Part shown: one piece after another, positions 11,162 through 23,639 of the stretch
How positions within the stretch are numbered: the stretch's first letter is position 1
How the letters are laid out: each line of letters starts with the position of its first letter
Source of the DNA: Eledone cirrhosa
Taxonomy: Eukaryota
Assembly (NCBI GenBank): GCA_964016885.1
Contig: OZ024764.1
Location: forward strand, 22,816,001 to 22,880,000
Length of the DNA: 64,000 bases
Reading direction: 5' to 3'
The notes under the pieces: model-generated
Database searches by the model: none
Told to the model about the DNA's origin: nothing
The model's input: the letters and a program-made list of their open reading frames with translations, nothing else
Translations under genes and position numbers: made by a program

Positions 11162-11522
11162 AATATCACATGACCTTGACAGAAAAGAGTCTTTTAAAGA
11201 CAACAGAAAGATGTTACATACAAGTGATATAAACTTGTTTAGTCTGTGGTGAATTATGGTGAAATATTTCTTCTGAATTGAGATAAATAACAACATATTC
11301 CTTTTTCACTGTTTGGAATATTTACAAGATGATTTTACATTCTGATTAAACTTTGGATATTTACAAAGGAGTTTTCAAAGTATTTGGATATTGACAAAGA
11401 TCACATTTGGTAAAATTATGAACAATAGAAATATTTACATCAACATAGGAATATTTTCCAGAAGAGATGGGAAAATCATTATACCACTGTAATATTTGTG
11501 GTAAAGTATTCTCTATTCTTTA
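11162..11522 (+). pseudogene. Relic ZNF exon copy, truncated by a foldback element
   Basis: Duplicate of 1632-1987. Confidence 0.7.
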
Positions 11523-12476
11523 CTAGACATGAAAAATGCGCAAGCTCAAAAGTGCCACAGAATGTTATAATAAACCTTCAAAAGTGTGGGACTAGAGTTG
11601 TTGCTAAAAAATATTGTAATCATTATATATCGTACATTCTGTGGCATCCTTTATAAAAATAGCTTTAACCAACGAAGCCTTTATTTTTACGCTATTTCAC
11701 TTAGTTAATTCTTAGAGTGTAACATATAAAAATATGATTTACAACTATAAATAAATTAATTAATATAATAACAGAGCTGCGGAGCTGAAATTTAGGAAAT
11801 AATGGAGTATCGGATCCTGAGTTGGAGCCAGTCAAGTTTTGGCCGACTCCGCAGCCCTGTATAATACATTTCACATTAAAGTTATTAATAAACCTATTTT
11901 ACACTGCATGCAAATTACCATGAGATATTGATATTAGATATAAGATACAGCGCAATATCTACAGCTGTAAAAGTACGAAAGCGAAGTAATAATAAGTGGC
12001 TTAAGGTAATTCCAATATGAAAGTTTGTAGTGATAAAAATTTGATAATGCAATACGATTGTTAATATTATAGTTCTATGAAAATGTAACAATAGATAACT
12101 AAATTATTTTACTATTAGTATATTTAAGAAATTATATTTATAGATTTGATCGTTCATATAAGCATCATATTAATTTTCAACACTATTATTTTGTTACTAT
12201 GAGTATATGATAATAATATTACGTAATTATTTATAGCTGTTATTACATTAAACATAGATGTATTTATTTTTATATGTTACACTCTAAGAATTAACTAAGT
12301 GAAATAGCGTAAAAATAAAGGCTTCGTTGGTTTAAGCTATTTTTATAAAGGATGCCACAGAATGTACGATATATAATGATTACAATATTTTTTAGCAACA
12401 ACTCTAGTCCCACACTTTTGAAGGTTTATTATAACATTCTGTGGCACTTTTGAGCTTGCGCATTTTTCATGTCTAG
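11523..12476. mobile_element. Foldback element with 212-bp near-perfect inverted arms
   Basis: 11523-11734 is the reverse complement of 12265-12476. Both ends are CTAG and both are flanked by TTTA. Confidence 0.8.
11772..11859. mobile_element. 88-bp hAT-type MITE
   Basis: TIRs cagagctgcggag / ctccgcagccctg with 8-bp TSD tataataa/tataatac. Confidence 0.65.
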
Positions 12477-13668
12477 TTTAATATTTGTTTAAGGCAACGC
12501 TTGTAATAACTCTAGTTAAACAGGATATATATTAATAATAAATTATCGTTGTAATGTAATTAGATTATGTAATTGTTATTATAAATTATCTTATAAATAT
12601 TAGTGTAAGATGTATAAAAATATTTTCATACTTTTAATATAAACAACTACAAAAAACAATCAATATTAAATCAATATATTATACATAATAGAAAACATAA
12701 AATAAACAATACAAAAACAAAATATTTACATACAATTGCAATTATCAGTGTATATACATTTTCTTTATATTCCCTGAGCAAATTAATAAGATTTGTTTTT
12801 ATTGTACATAATTTGATGACTTGTTGGAGTGTATTAAAAGATAGCAACAATTTGTGATTAAATTGTTATCTTAAGCAACTCACTTTTTAATAGTTGTTGG
12901 CTGAGCGAAATTGTAAAAGCCTATGAGCAAATATAAAAAAAAATACACAAACAACATTTCCTTGTGTTATTACAACATTAGATAAAATAATTGAGCAATG
13001 TCGTTATATTTTGCTCTTATTGCACATTAATAGTGTTTCTATTTTTCAGCACAAATCCATTACGGCAGTCCATTACTGGTACTTTATTTTATCGAATTAG
13101 TAAGTATGAAAGTCGAAGTTAACCTCGGCAGGATTTGAACTTAGAATGCAAAGGACCATAACAATACTGCAAAGCATGGTGTCTGACGCTCTACCAATAC
13201 TTGTGTTGAGCTGGTCATTAATTTATGGTGGTCGTGCGTGGAGTAGAGCAATCGCTAGTTGAAATATTATGAACAAAACATTTTTATTTGCCGAAGAACA
13301 TATTTTCAATACTGTTTGTGAATGTGACGAAGGAAATACATTCTGATATGGAACAGTGTACAAAGTGTGTCTGTGAATAACATAATGTTACCTCATGTTG
13401 TTGTCAAGACATAATGGATTTCGTATATCCAGTTAGAAGATGAAACCTAGCCATCTCGGATTAGTTATATTTCATGCCATGTGTAAACGTGTTTGAGGAT
13501 AGCAAAATATGCGTGTTTCTTGTCTGGAAACTTTCTGCTAAACTGATTGGTTTCGTTTTTGGCACTATACAATACTCATCCAACAGATAGCTGTATTGGA
13601 TCCTTGATTGGTTAATATTTAGGTGAGGGTGCTTGATGCAGAGTTAGTGCAAAATGGATCAATGAGTG

Positions 13669-14322
13669 TAATAATAATAATGATAATAATAATGAAAATA
13701 TTGTGTACAATGCTGAGGTGCACTACAACTCATCAAAAGTGCATATATAATACATAGGGTAATATAAAAACGTCAGGAAAAAAGAACAGTGCATGAGTCA
13801 TGATATACACATATGTGCATGTGTATGGAAGGGGGACATCAGGTGTAGTTTTGGTGTATTTCGGAATGTATGATGGTTTTAAAGGATGCAGTGTGTCATC
13901 AGCTAACAACTGATGCAGGAAGTTTGTTCCATCCTTCAGCAACTCTGAGCATGAAGAAATATTTCCTAAAGTCATGGGAGCTGTGTTGTTTTCTGACTTT
14001 GTAGGCATGTCCACGTGTTAGACACATGGAGATCAAAAAGGTGTTCGGGGTTGTTGTTGGTCGGATGGTTAATAACTTTGTGGGTGTTTACCAAGTCCAT
14101 TGCCAGAGGGAAGCAAAATATTCAGGGTATGGTAGGTGTCTGATGGAGGGTATGCGTTTGGTTGCATGTCTCTGAACAGTTTCCAGGAGGTCAATGTTCT
14201 GAGCAAGATAGGGGTTCCAGACTGATGACGCGAACTCCAAGTGTATTCGTAGCATAGATGTATACAGCTTTAAATAGATGGCTGGAGAGCAGCTAATGAA
14301 GGTCTTGCTGATTGATGCCAAG
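13669..14322 (-). mobile_element. 5'-truncated CR1/L2-group LINE 3' end
   Basis: LYTSMLRIHLEFASSVWNPYLAQNIDLLETVQRHATKRIP, ending in an (ATT)n tail at about 13669-13693. Confidence 0.82.
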
Positions 14323-14533
14323 TCAATCTTAATAAATTGACTGATTTATCTGTTCACTACTGCTAATCCACCGCTGTTTGTACAATTTTTTAGATAATGT
14401 CAATTTGAGCTTGAATCATTGGCATAATGAAATTTGAAAAGATTATAAGCAAATCTTTTTTAAAATACACAGACAACATTTAACTGTATCGTTGCAACAT
14501 TAGATCTAATAATGGAGCAACATTTGTGCAGAA

Positions 14534-14998
14534 TTATTGTTTGTGCAATAAGATATTTGCAGATCTGTACTTGGTCTGCTCTTTAGCCAACTCGGTACGT
14601 TTAGAAGCTCTACGCTCGGCTTGCTTTTGAGATATAATAGCTGAATTTGCAGATCTATACTTGGCCTGCTTGTTTGCCAACTCATACCGTTTTGAACATC
14701 TATACTTGGCCTGTTTTTGTGTTAATTTAGCAAAATTCACAGCTCTATAATCAGCCTGTTTTTGTCTCAACTTCTCCCGATTCCGCATCCGGTAAGCTGC
14801 TTTCACATCCAATTTAATACGCCCATCTAGATTATTAGCACAGGAATGTGAACAAGCTTGTGGGACCGCATCATTGTAAGTATATGAACTGCCTGCAACA
14901 TCAAGACCCAATTCACAAGTGCAGCGTTGCTCATTCACATCGGCAGTGGGGACACCAAAATCAGTGACAGGTCTCGATTCACTCGCGAGATACATCAC
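14534..14998 (-). other. Unassigned ORF with five 15-aa basic repeats (KQAKYRS-type), probably TE-derived
   Basis: 154-aa ORF with QKQADYR/QKQAKYR/NKQAKYR/QKQAERR/KEQTKYR at 15-residue spacing. Confidence 0.35.
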
Positions 14999-15027
14999 AG
15001 CTACACTATATATTTAAACATATATAC

Positions 15028-15090
15028 AGTGATACCTCGCTACTTGGCGGTTCAACTATCGCGGATTCACGATTTCGCGCATTTTTAGAA
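15028..15090 (+). mobile_element. Tigger/pogo-like terminal repeat fragment
   Basis: TA|CAGTGATACCTCGCTACTT resembles the TIR at 49563. No partner end was seen. Confidence 0.45.
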
Positions 15091-15279
15091 TATATATATG
15101 AACACCTAAAATTTTTCATTAAATCCATTAAAATATTAATAATAAACACAGTTCTAATCATACGCTATATATATATATATATATATAAATATAAGTAATT
15201 AATACCGTATAAATGGTACAAAGACTGTTTATGTAAAATGTATTTCTCAACAGAGTATTGAATACTTAGGAGAAATTCA

Positions 15280-15489
15280 AAACGAAGAGTGATAAAATTT
15301 CAAGCAAAGAGTTTAATTAGGTAATGACTTACAAATTTGTTTCAGTATATAGACAAAGCCTGAAGCGTTAATTATAATAATTAGTTAATAATATTACAAA
15401 ATATATTAATATTATATTAAATATATACTGAAACAAATTTGTAAGTCATTACCTAATTAAACTCTTTGCTTGAAATGTTATCATTCTTC

Positions 15490-15493
<4 letters not shown>
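15280..15493. repeat. Inverted repeat with 72-bp arms (MITE-like)
   Basis: 15280-15351 versus 15422-15493. Confidence 0.8.
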
Positions 15494-15526
<33 letters not shown>

Positions 15527-15533
<7 letters not shown>

Positions 15534-15874
15534 AAGGTTTAGCAAATAATGAAAAAGTTTCAAAATAAATTTTAAAAAATTGACTTTACCTACTATAGTT
15601 ACCTTTACCGATCGGTAAACCTGTTTCTACATCATCCACTCTCATCACAGGAACAGTTTTGATAGCGCTAGTTTGTGATTTAAATTCAGGAATTTTATAT
15701 TCTTTGAATGAAAAGAACCTTCTGACGAGAATCTCTCTTTGCAACGAAGGCCGTATGGTCTCCGTTTTATTTTTGGGATTCGAAACCGATCGGTAAAGGT
15801 AACTATAGTAGGTAAAGTCAATTTTTTAAAATTTATTTTGAAACTTTTTCATTATTTGCTAAACCTTGTTTATA
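15527..15874. repeat. Inverted repeat with 90-bp arms (MITE-like, abutting (TA)n)
   Basis: 15527-15616 versus 15785-15874. Confidence 0.82.
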
Positions 15875-15983
15875 TTTGTTCTGGCTCGTTAATTTATTAA
15901 CCCGCCATTGAACCACACTGGCATTTGGTTGGACAATACATGCGTACCTTGGCGCCTTGTGCGTGAAGGAACGTATATCCTAT

Positions 15984-16070
<87 letters not shown>

Positions 16071-17637
16071 TTTATCTAGTCCTTCGCTCAAGATTAATCT
16101 ATAAGTTTAGATGTCTGCCTTCGTTTAAGTAAATATTACAGTAAGATTTTTAATATAAACAACTACAAAAAACAATTAATATTAAAACGAAAAAATTATC
16201 AATGATAAAAGAAGCGGATGCAACTTTTTTTTTTATAAAGTTATATTCCTGTTTCTTTAAAGAACATTTCATTTTTGTTCTATTGTAGGCGAAATAATGC
16301 AATGGTTTAATAGGGAAGATATAACTTACCAATTATGTCTCTAACCGTGTAACGCTTTTTAAGTAGATAACTACAATTGAAAATACTAAAGAAATGGAAC
16401 CAACAATTCAATTTGAAAGTCGTCTACTTATAGTGACAGTGTATTACTGGTACTTTATTTTATCGACCCCGTAACGATGAAAGGCAAATGCTTAAAATTT
16501 AAATTGCCTTAATTCTATCGTCTGCTGTTTCATTAAAGGGAGATTCTCGTCTGTATTTAATTCTATCGTCTACTGTTCCACTAAACAGATATACCTCCAC
16601 TATCGTCTCTATTTATACATTTTAACTTATAACTTATACACATTTGATTTGAAATATTTTATCTAGTCCCCCCTCTCAATATTATGATGATTTCTTTCGA
16701 ATGAAACAGTTCTAGTCCTGTAGAAGCCATTTATATATATAATTGAACTGAGTTAAAAATTCACAATATTTATAATTAAATAAGCTCATATATATATGTG
16801 TGTATTTATCTGTTTATTGTATTATATATAATGTGTGTATATACAGGATGTCCCCCCAAAATATATACACACTTCAACATCATTCTAATAACTATTGCCT
16901 GTACAGGTAATCAAAGTGTCAATCGAATGTTAGTTTCGTGTTTTAACAGTACAAATTTACAATACACACATAAAACCAGTGTATATACATACATGAGTGT
17001 GTATACACATACATGAATGTGTATATACAATATATATGTATATATATATAGACACATATATTCACGGTGCAACGGAACATTAAAATATAGATGCGGGAGG
17101 GGGGGGTGTATATAGGGGCGCTGGGGATAAAGGAGTGTAAAGCGTGTGTAATTGATATATTGAAGGAGAGGAGCGTGCAGCGATAGAGTAACAAATATAT
17201 AGAGAGGGGGAGAGATGGTATTGAAGGGGAGGAGTGCAAAGCGAAAGAGTAAGAGAGATATATATAGAGCCGGAACAGATAGAGAGAAACAGGCGTAAGT
17301 AACAGTGGAAGAGATATATAGAGAGGGGGAAATGTGTTATTGAAGGGGAGGAGTGTAAAGCGAAAGCGTAAGATATATATAGAGAGAGGGGGAATAGTAT
17401 ATATATATATATATCAACACTTACTCTGATTTGTTGAAAATTAGCCAATGACATACGATCACCACCACCACGGCTATCCCGGGGAAATTTATGAAGAAGT
17501 TAGGCATATATGTTATATTATTATATATGTTATGTTATATTATATAATATGTTATATTATATATTATGTTATGTTATAATGTTATAGAACACGAAAAGTG
17601 AACATTCTGTTGTTTCACACTTTTCGTGTTCTAACAG

Positions 17638-17850
17638 ATATACATACAGACACACATATACACACCCACACATATATATATAAGAAATAATAATCACACA
17701 CGCAATACTAATTAACACCATATCACTATAGAGACCTGTTGTAAATAAACAAAGAGTGTATCGTAAATTTCATTGTAAAAAACAAAAAACACATTCACTT
17801 GTCAGAAAACCTAGTTTCATTTTCGAGGACGTAAAACTTAACCTATGCCC
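17638..17850. mobile_element. Solo right arm of the GGGCATAGG foldback element
   Basis: Matches 53355-53567, including the junction cctatgccc|ttagct. Confidence 0.8.
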
Positions 17851-17937
17851 TTAGCTGTTCTATTTTAATTACATTTACTGATTTCAACTTCATTTTTTAT
17901 ATTACAAACTTTACATAATTTAATTCCGTAAAAATAT

Positions 17938-18071
17938 TTTACGTCACAAAAAAACATTGAAGCATGCGCAGTGGTGCAGTTGTCGACTTCCTGTCCACGT
18001 GTTAGTCTTCCTACAACAACATTTAGACAACATTTCTGTAAATACTAAACACCTGAGACTATAATGTAAGT
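17938..18071 (+). promoter_or_regulatory. Putative promoter and exon 1 of ZNF-B
   Basis: Same motif cluster as 8255-8401 but lacking the DR1-like site. Donor GTAAGT at 18066. Confidence 0.65.
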
Positions 18072-18597
18072 ATTATGTCTATTAATATTGTAGATTTAAG
18101 CTCACTTTTCACATCACAAATATATATTTTCTTGTTTGTTTCATTACTGGAAATATAAAATGTTATCGTAATTATCTATATTTTACCTACCTCTAATTAA
18201 TTAAAGTGAAAACTTTTGTTGTTGCTGAAAAATAAATTAACAAAACTAAATATTTAAATATTCTAAAGGTCGTTTTTATATTATGTGATGATATAATTAA
18301 TATATTTTATTACAATTGTATAAATTTACAGTAGAATAACGTTGTAAATATGTTTTAAATATATACATAAATAACGTGTGTAAATAACATTATAAATTGC
18401 TGGCAATTCCTTGAGAAAGACATTACAAATATATTGTCTAAACTGTGTATAATAATATAATTTATTGAACAATAATGATAAAGGAAAGAAAAACACAGTG
18501 GGAGATGGCAATTCACCACCAAATGTGATAATAGGTCACACCTCACACCTTAGGGGTTAACTACACACTTTGAGGCAAGCCAACACACTGGCAGCAT

Positions 18598-18878
18598 TAC
18601 TAAGGTGTTGAAATAACCAGGTACCCTCACGGGTATCACCTGGTACCTCAGTAAGGCGAGGCTAAGGTGCTGAAATAACCAGGTACCCTCACGGGTATCA
18701 CCTAACACCTCGGTAAGGTGAGGCTAAGGATCTGAAATAACCAGGTACCCTCACGGGTATCACCTGACACCTCGGTAAGGTGAGTCTAAGGGGCTGAAAT
18801 AACCAGGTACCCTCACGGGTATCACCTGACACCTTGGTAAGGTGAGTCTAAGGGGCTGAAATAACCAGGTACCCTCAC
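18598..18878. repeat. 62-bp tandem repeat, 5 copies
   Basis: gaaataaccagg at 18610, 18672, 18734, 18796 and 18858. Confidence 0.9.
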
Positions 18879-19234
18879 GGAAACGACTAGATTTGTAAAA
18901 AAAGTAGGGTGAAAGTATACGAAGAGATGTAGTTTCACAGATCTACTCACACCACGTTGGGTGGGAAATAATTATTTTTCTTAGATTTTTTTCTAGACCC
19001 CTTTTCAATATTTTCTCTGAACCCCTTAGATACTTGCAATAGACGTTTTATTCCCCAGTATTAGGGTTAGGGTTTCCGTTTTCAGGAAGAAAAGTCGATT
19101 GCAAACATCTAAGAGGTCGAGAAATAAAATTAAGGAAAGATAATTATTTCCCAGCCAACTGGAGAAGTGTGTAGCTCTTCTAAACTCTGATAATCCTGTC
19201 TCCCACTTCTTTATCTACAAATCTAGTCGTTTCC
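18879..19234. mobile_element. Palindromic MITE with central TTAGGGTTAGGG
   Basis: TIR ggaaacgactagatttgta / tacaaatctagtcgtttcc plus nested inner inverted repeats. Copies at about 38145-38500 and 54530-54865. Left arm deleted in unit 1. Confidence 0.7.
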
Positions 19235-19636
19235 TGCTACTTTGAAGGCCCTATTTATTGATAACACCACTTGTAAATCTTTGTCAACTTTTCATACGTA
19301 AATTGTGAATCAGTTATTTTAAAACAAACTATCAAAGAAGTGATCTCACAGCAACTGTGTTTGATATAATCAACTTATTCCCCCCAAACATTATCGACCT
19401 TGTGTCTGAATCAGAAACTATTATAAGATCTTAAATCAACCTCGTAAAGATGAAGGGCAAAGCTAACCTCGGCGGGATTTCAACCCTTTATGTTATGAGT
19501 TCAAATCCCACCAAAGTTAACTTTGTCTTTCATTCTAACGGAGTGGATAAATTAAAGTTCCAGTAATCTACTGGGGTCTGAGATATTAAGGTTTGAGTAG
19601 ATTCTATCTTTTTGTGTGTTTGTATTTATAATCTTA

Positions 19637-19746
19637 CTAGAACACCTGTGACCTGTTGCGTCACGTTCCCTTTAAAAATAATATTTAAATAATTAAAATA
19701 TACACAGACATGTATATAATGTAAAATGAAATTAGTAGGTAGGCCC

Positions 19747-19823
<77 letters not shown>

Positions 19824-19857
19824 TGTGTGTGTATATATATATATATGTGTGTGTGTA

Positions 19858-19910
<53 letters not shown>

Positions 19911-22900
19911 ACAGCGACGGCTTCAATAGAGTACATGGAGGCCATGGAGTTGGAATGAGGAAGGATTCAGACTTCTAGAATTCTGCGACGCCAATGATAT
20001 GTCGATATGTAACACAAACTTTAAAAAACCCGACAACCACCTGATCACCTATAGATCAGGGGAGCACTCTAGTCAGTTAGATTTTATCCTCATCAGAGGA
20101 CGTGACAGATGGACGGTCGTAAACACAAAAGCCTTCCCTAGTGAGGAATGTACATCCCAACATAGCTTAGTTGTCAGCGACCTCACGGTCAGAACTAGAC
20201 GAACCCGGAAACAGAGGCCAACCTGGAGAAGAAAGATCTGGAAGCTGAAAGTCCCCTCAACCAGTAACAGATTTAAAGATATTTTACTCAACGCCTACGA
20301 CAGAAAAGAAGAACAGATAGAGACATTTAACGTAGAAGATAACTGGGAGTTCCTATAAAATAACTTACTAAAGGTGACGGATGAGATCTGTGGCTGGAGT
20401 AAGACCTCAAGCAGGAGGAGAGTGACTTGGTGGTGGAACAATAAGGTAGATGAAGCAGTTAAGGCCAAGAGACAGGCATGGAAAGAATGGAAGAACGGGG
20501 GGAGCAGGGTACATTACATAGAGACCAAGAGGGAAGCTAGGCGACAAGTATACTTAACTAGGAGGGAAGCAGAGGATAGAAAATTCAAGCATGTTTTACA
20601 ACGTGGGGACCAGAAACAGGAGGTATTCAAGATTGCGAGGCAGTGTGTCAGAGATAGTTGTGATGTCATTGGAGAGAAGTGTATCCGGAATGATAAAGGT
20701 GAGCTTGCCCTCACAAGTGCTGAGAAGAAAGATGCATGGAAGAGTCATTATGATAGATTACTAAATGAGGAGAATGCATGGGAAGAAGAGACCCTACCCC
20801 AAGTAGACCCTATAGAGGGACCAGCAGTACAAGTCAGCAGCAGCGTAGTAAGTAAGGCAATCAAAGATATGAAGATGGGGAAGGCAACCGGTCCATCGGG
20901 TATAGCTGCCGAGATGCTGAAGGCATCTGGGTCTGTAGGTCACACTATAACCACACGTATCGTTAACCAGGTAATACTAGAAGGGGCCATACCAAAAGAC
21001 TGGTGCAGTAGCATCATTGTCAACTGCTACAAAGGTAAAGGCGATGCACTAGATAGAGGAAACTATAGAGGTATAAAGTTGATGGACCAGGTCATGAAAG
21101 TAACAGAAAGAGTTATAGCACAGCTGATTAGGGACCAGGTGAAAATAGACGAGATGCAATTTGGGTTTGTACCAGGAAGAGGCACCACTGATGCCCTCTT
21201 CCTTGTGAGGCAATTACAGGAAAAGTACCTAGCTAAAAGTAAGCCACTCTACTTGGCATTTGTCGACCTTGAGAAAGCCTTTGACAGAGTTCCACGTGTT
21301 GTAATCTGGTGGGCTCTTAGAAAACTAGGAGTAGATGATTGGCTTGTGAAAGCGGTACAAGCCATGTATAGGGGAGCAGTCAGCAAAGTTAGGATTAGCA
21401 ATGAGTATAGCGAGGAATTTAGCGTACAGGTTGGGGTCCACCAAGGCTCTGTTCTTAGCCCTCTCCTGTTCATCATAGTCCTGCAGGCAATAACGGAGGA
21501 GTTTAAGACCGGATGCCCATGGGAACTCCTGTATGCTGATGACCTCGCACTCATAGCTGAATCTATGGTAGAACTAGAGAATAAATTCCAAACCTGGAAG
21601 CAGGGACTAGAAAGAAAGGGTCTCAAAGTCAACATGACAAAGACTAAGGTCCTTGTAAGTAGACGAGAAAGCAGAACCCAGATCCCCTCAGGGAAATGGC
21701 CTTGCTTAGTATGTGGGAAAGGTGTAGGTAGGAACTCCGTCCTCTACCCCAAATACAAACAATGGGTACACAAGAGATGTAGCGGGATCTCAGGAAGCTT
21801 AATTAAGAATGTAGGATTCACATGCAGCAGCTGTGCTGAAACAGCAAGCAGCAAACAGCCACAGGAAACAAGTACCACCAATTTCTGGGAGGGCCCTGTA
21901 GAAACAGTAGACAGCTTCTGCAACCTAGGTGAGCGAATTAGCAACGGAGGTGGGTGTTCAGAAAGTACAATAACTAGGGTAAGAACGGGATGGAAGAAGT
22001 TTAGGGAACTACTACCACTGCTAGCTGCAAAAGGCTTCTCCCTCAGAATGAAAGGCAGACTGTATGATGCGTGTATCCGAACAGCGATGTTGCATGGTAG
22101 TGAGACCTGGGCGCTGAAGGTGGAAGACTTACGTAGATTAGAGAGAAACGAAGCCTGCATGCTCCGATGGATGTGTAACAGTAATATACGTGAACGACAA
22201 AGCATAAATGAATTGAGAGAGAGACTGAGCATAAGAGGAATCAAATGCTGTGTGCAGGAGAGGCGGTTGCGCTGGTATGGACATGTGATGCGTATGAAGG
22301 ATGACAGCTGCATAAAAAGGTGCAGAGCACTAGAAGTTGATGGAAACCGCGGAGTGGGGAGACCCAAGATGACCTGGGATGAGGTGATAAAAGCCGACCT
22401 TACCCAATTACACCTCTCAAAGACAATGACACACGACCGTGACTTCTGGCGTCACGCAGTAATACAGAGTACCTGACCTCCCATGGGTACAAGCTGAAGC
22501 ATATAGACAATATGCCCCCACACCCCCCACTATAAAGTGGTCGTGGAGGTGCCACAGCAAAAAAAGCACCCAGCCCACACTGTAAAGTGGACGTGTAGGC
22601 GCCACGAAAAAGCACCCAGCAATCACTGCAAATGAGGTTGGTGTTAGGAAGGGCATCCAGCTGTAGAAATCAAGCCAGATCAGTTCCTGTATGAGCTAGG
22701 CATGGTCAGCCGACCAGACACTGCACACAACAGGACAACCCGTCTAACCCATGCTAGCGTGGAAGAACGGACGTAAAACGGTGATGATGATGATGATGAT
22801 ACACACACGTCACTTGTTATAATTTTATAAGTTTGTTCAACAGCACCACCAGCTATCTCTCTCACACACCCATTATCTTTCTCTCTCTATTACCAGAAAA

Positions 22901-23050
22901 ACCCCATATCTCGTGCATTGATTTACGTGAAACTTATTTTATCCCATTTGTATTCCCATTTCAGGGTCAACTTCCTTTCAAACTATTTTCCCATTATGCC
23001 CCGTTTTAGCTGTATTACATTACAGACAAGACACAATCACAGAGTTTTAG
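19637..23050 (-). mobile_element. Helitron-like H1 copy split by the RTE insertion
   Basis: CTAG end at 19637. The body resumes at 22801, as in the uninterrupted copy at 38900-39360. Confidence 0.7.
19910..22800 (+). mobile_element. Young 5'-truncated RTE-clade LINE (endonuclease C-terminal part, RT, 3' UTR, (GAT)n tail)
   Basis: ORFs 19999-20358 and 20374-22476 share a frame and are separated by one TAA. RT motifs FVDLEKAFD, GVHQGSVLSP and YADD. RLRWYGHVMR C-terminus. (GAT)n tail at 22783-22800. Confidence 0.95.
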
Positions 23051-23107
23051 GTTTATAATGTTATAGTATCATGATAGGGTAATACAGTTATTTATAGACC
23101 TGTGGTA

Positions 23108-23212
23108 AATGTTGGTTCAGTCCACCCTGAGGGGTGTTAGTGTTGGTTCAGTCCACCCTGGGGGGTGTAAGTGTTGGTTCAGTCTACCCTGAGGGGTGTC
23201 AGTATTGGTTAA
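23108..23212. repeat. 31-bp tandem repeat, about 3.5 copies
   Basis: gttggttcagtccaccctgaggggtgttagt at 23111, 23142 and 23173. Confidence 0.8.
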
Positions 23213-23234
23213 TGATAACCTTTATAACTAGAGG

Positions 23235-23635
23235 CCTGTTGGTGAGGAAAAGCTGGAAGTGGTGACATCTTTCTGCTACCTGTGTGACATGTCAGCTGGA
23301 AGTGGAGCCAAGTTCACTGCCATCGTGCTGTGCCACTCCACAGGTAACAAGTTTAGGCAGCTTCTCCTAATCCTCAAGACATGCTGGCTACCATTAGACA
23401 CCATGGGGCAGGTTTATAACACCTGTGGGAGAAGTGTGTTGTTTCATGCCAGCGAGACCTGGGCCATGTTATCTGACTGTCTGAATTGACTCTGAAGAAA
23501 TGACAGAGCTATGATCCACTGGATGTGTAATGTGACCATTGAGGATGATGTCAGCTCGACTGAGCTCCTAAAAAAACTGCTGATCGACAACCTCAAGGAT
23601 GTGTTTCACAGGAGACACATGCACTGGTATGGCCA
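23235..23635 (+). mobile_element. Decayed RTE fragment
   Basis: EVVTSFCYL..GQVYNTCGRSVLFHASETWA is homologous to the RTE post-RT region. Confidence 0.7.
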
Positions 23636-23639
23636 TGTT

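Noticed and set aside
18598-18878. CRISPR-like appearance of the 62-, 48- and 39-bp arrays
   Set aside because: They are head-to-tail repeats without unique spacers, there are no cas genes, and the context is eukaryotic.
19685-19978. YI/YT/CV-rich ORFs (also near 9690, 15897, 38889, 53050, 55257)
   Set aside because: These are translations of (TA)n and (TG)n microsatellites.
21249-22367. Long antisense ORFs opposite the RTE, and the ORF at 3451-3639
   Set aside because: These are shadow frames of RT coding sequence.
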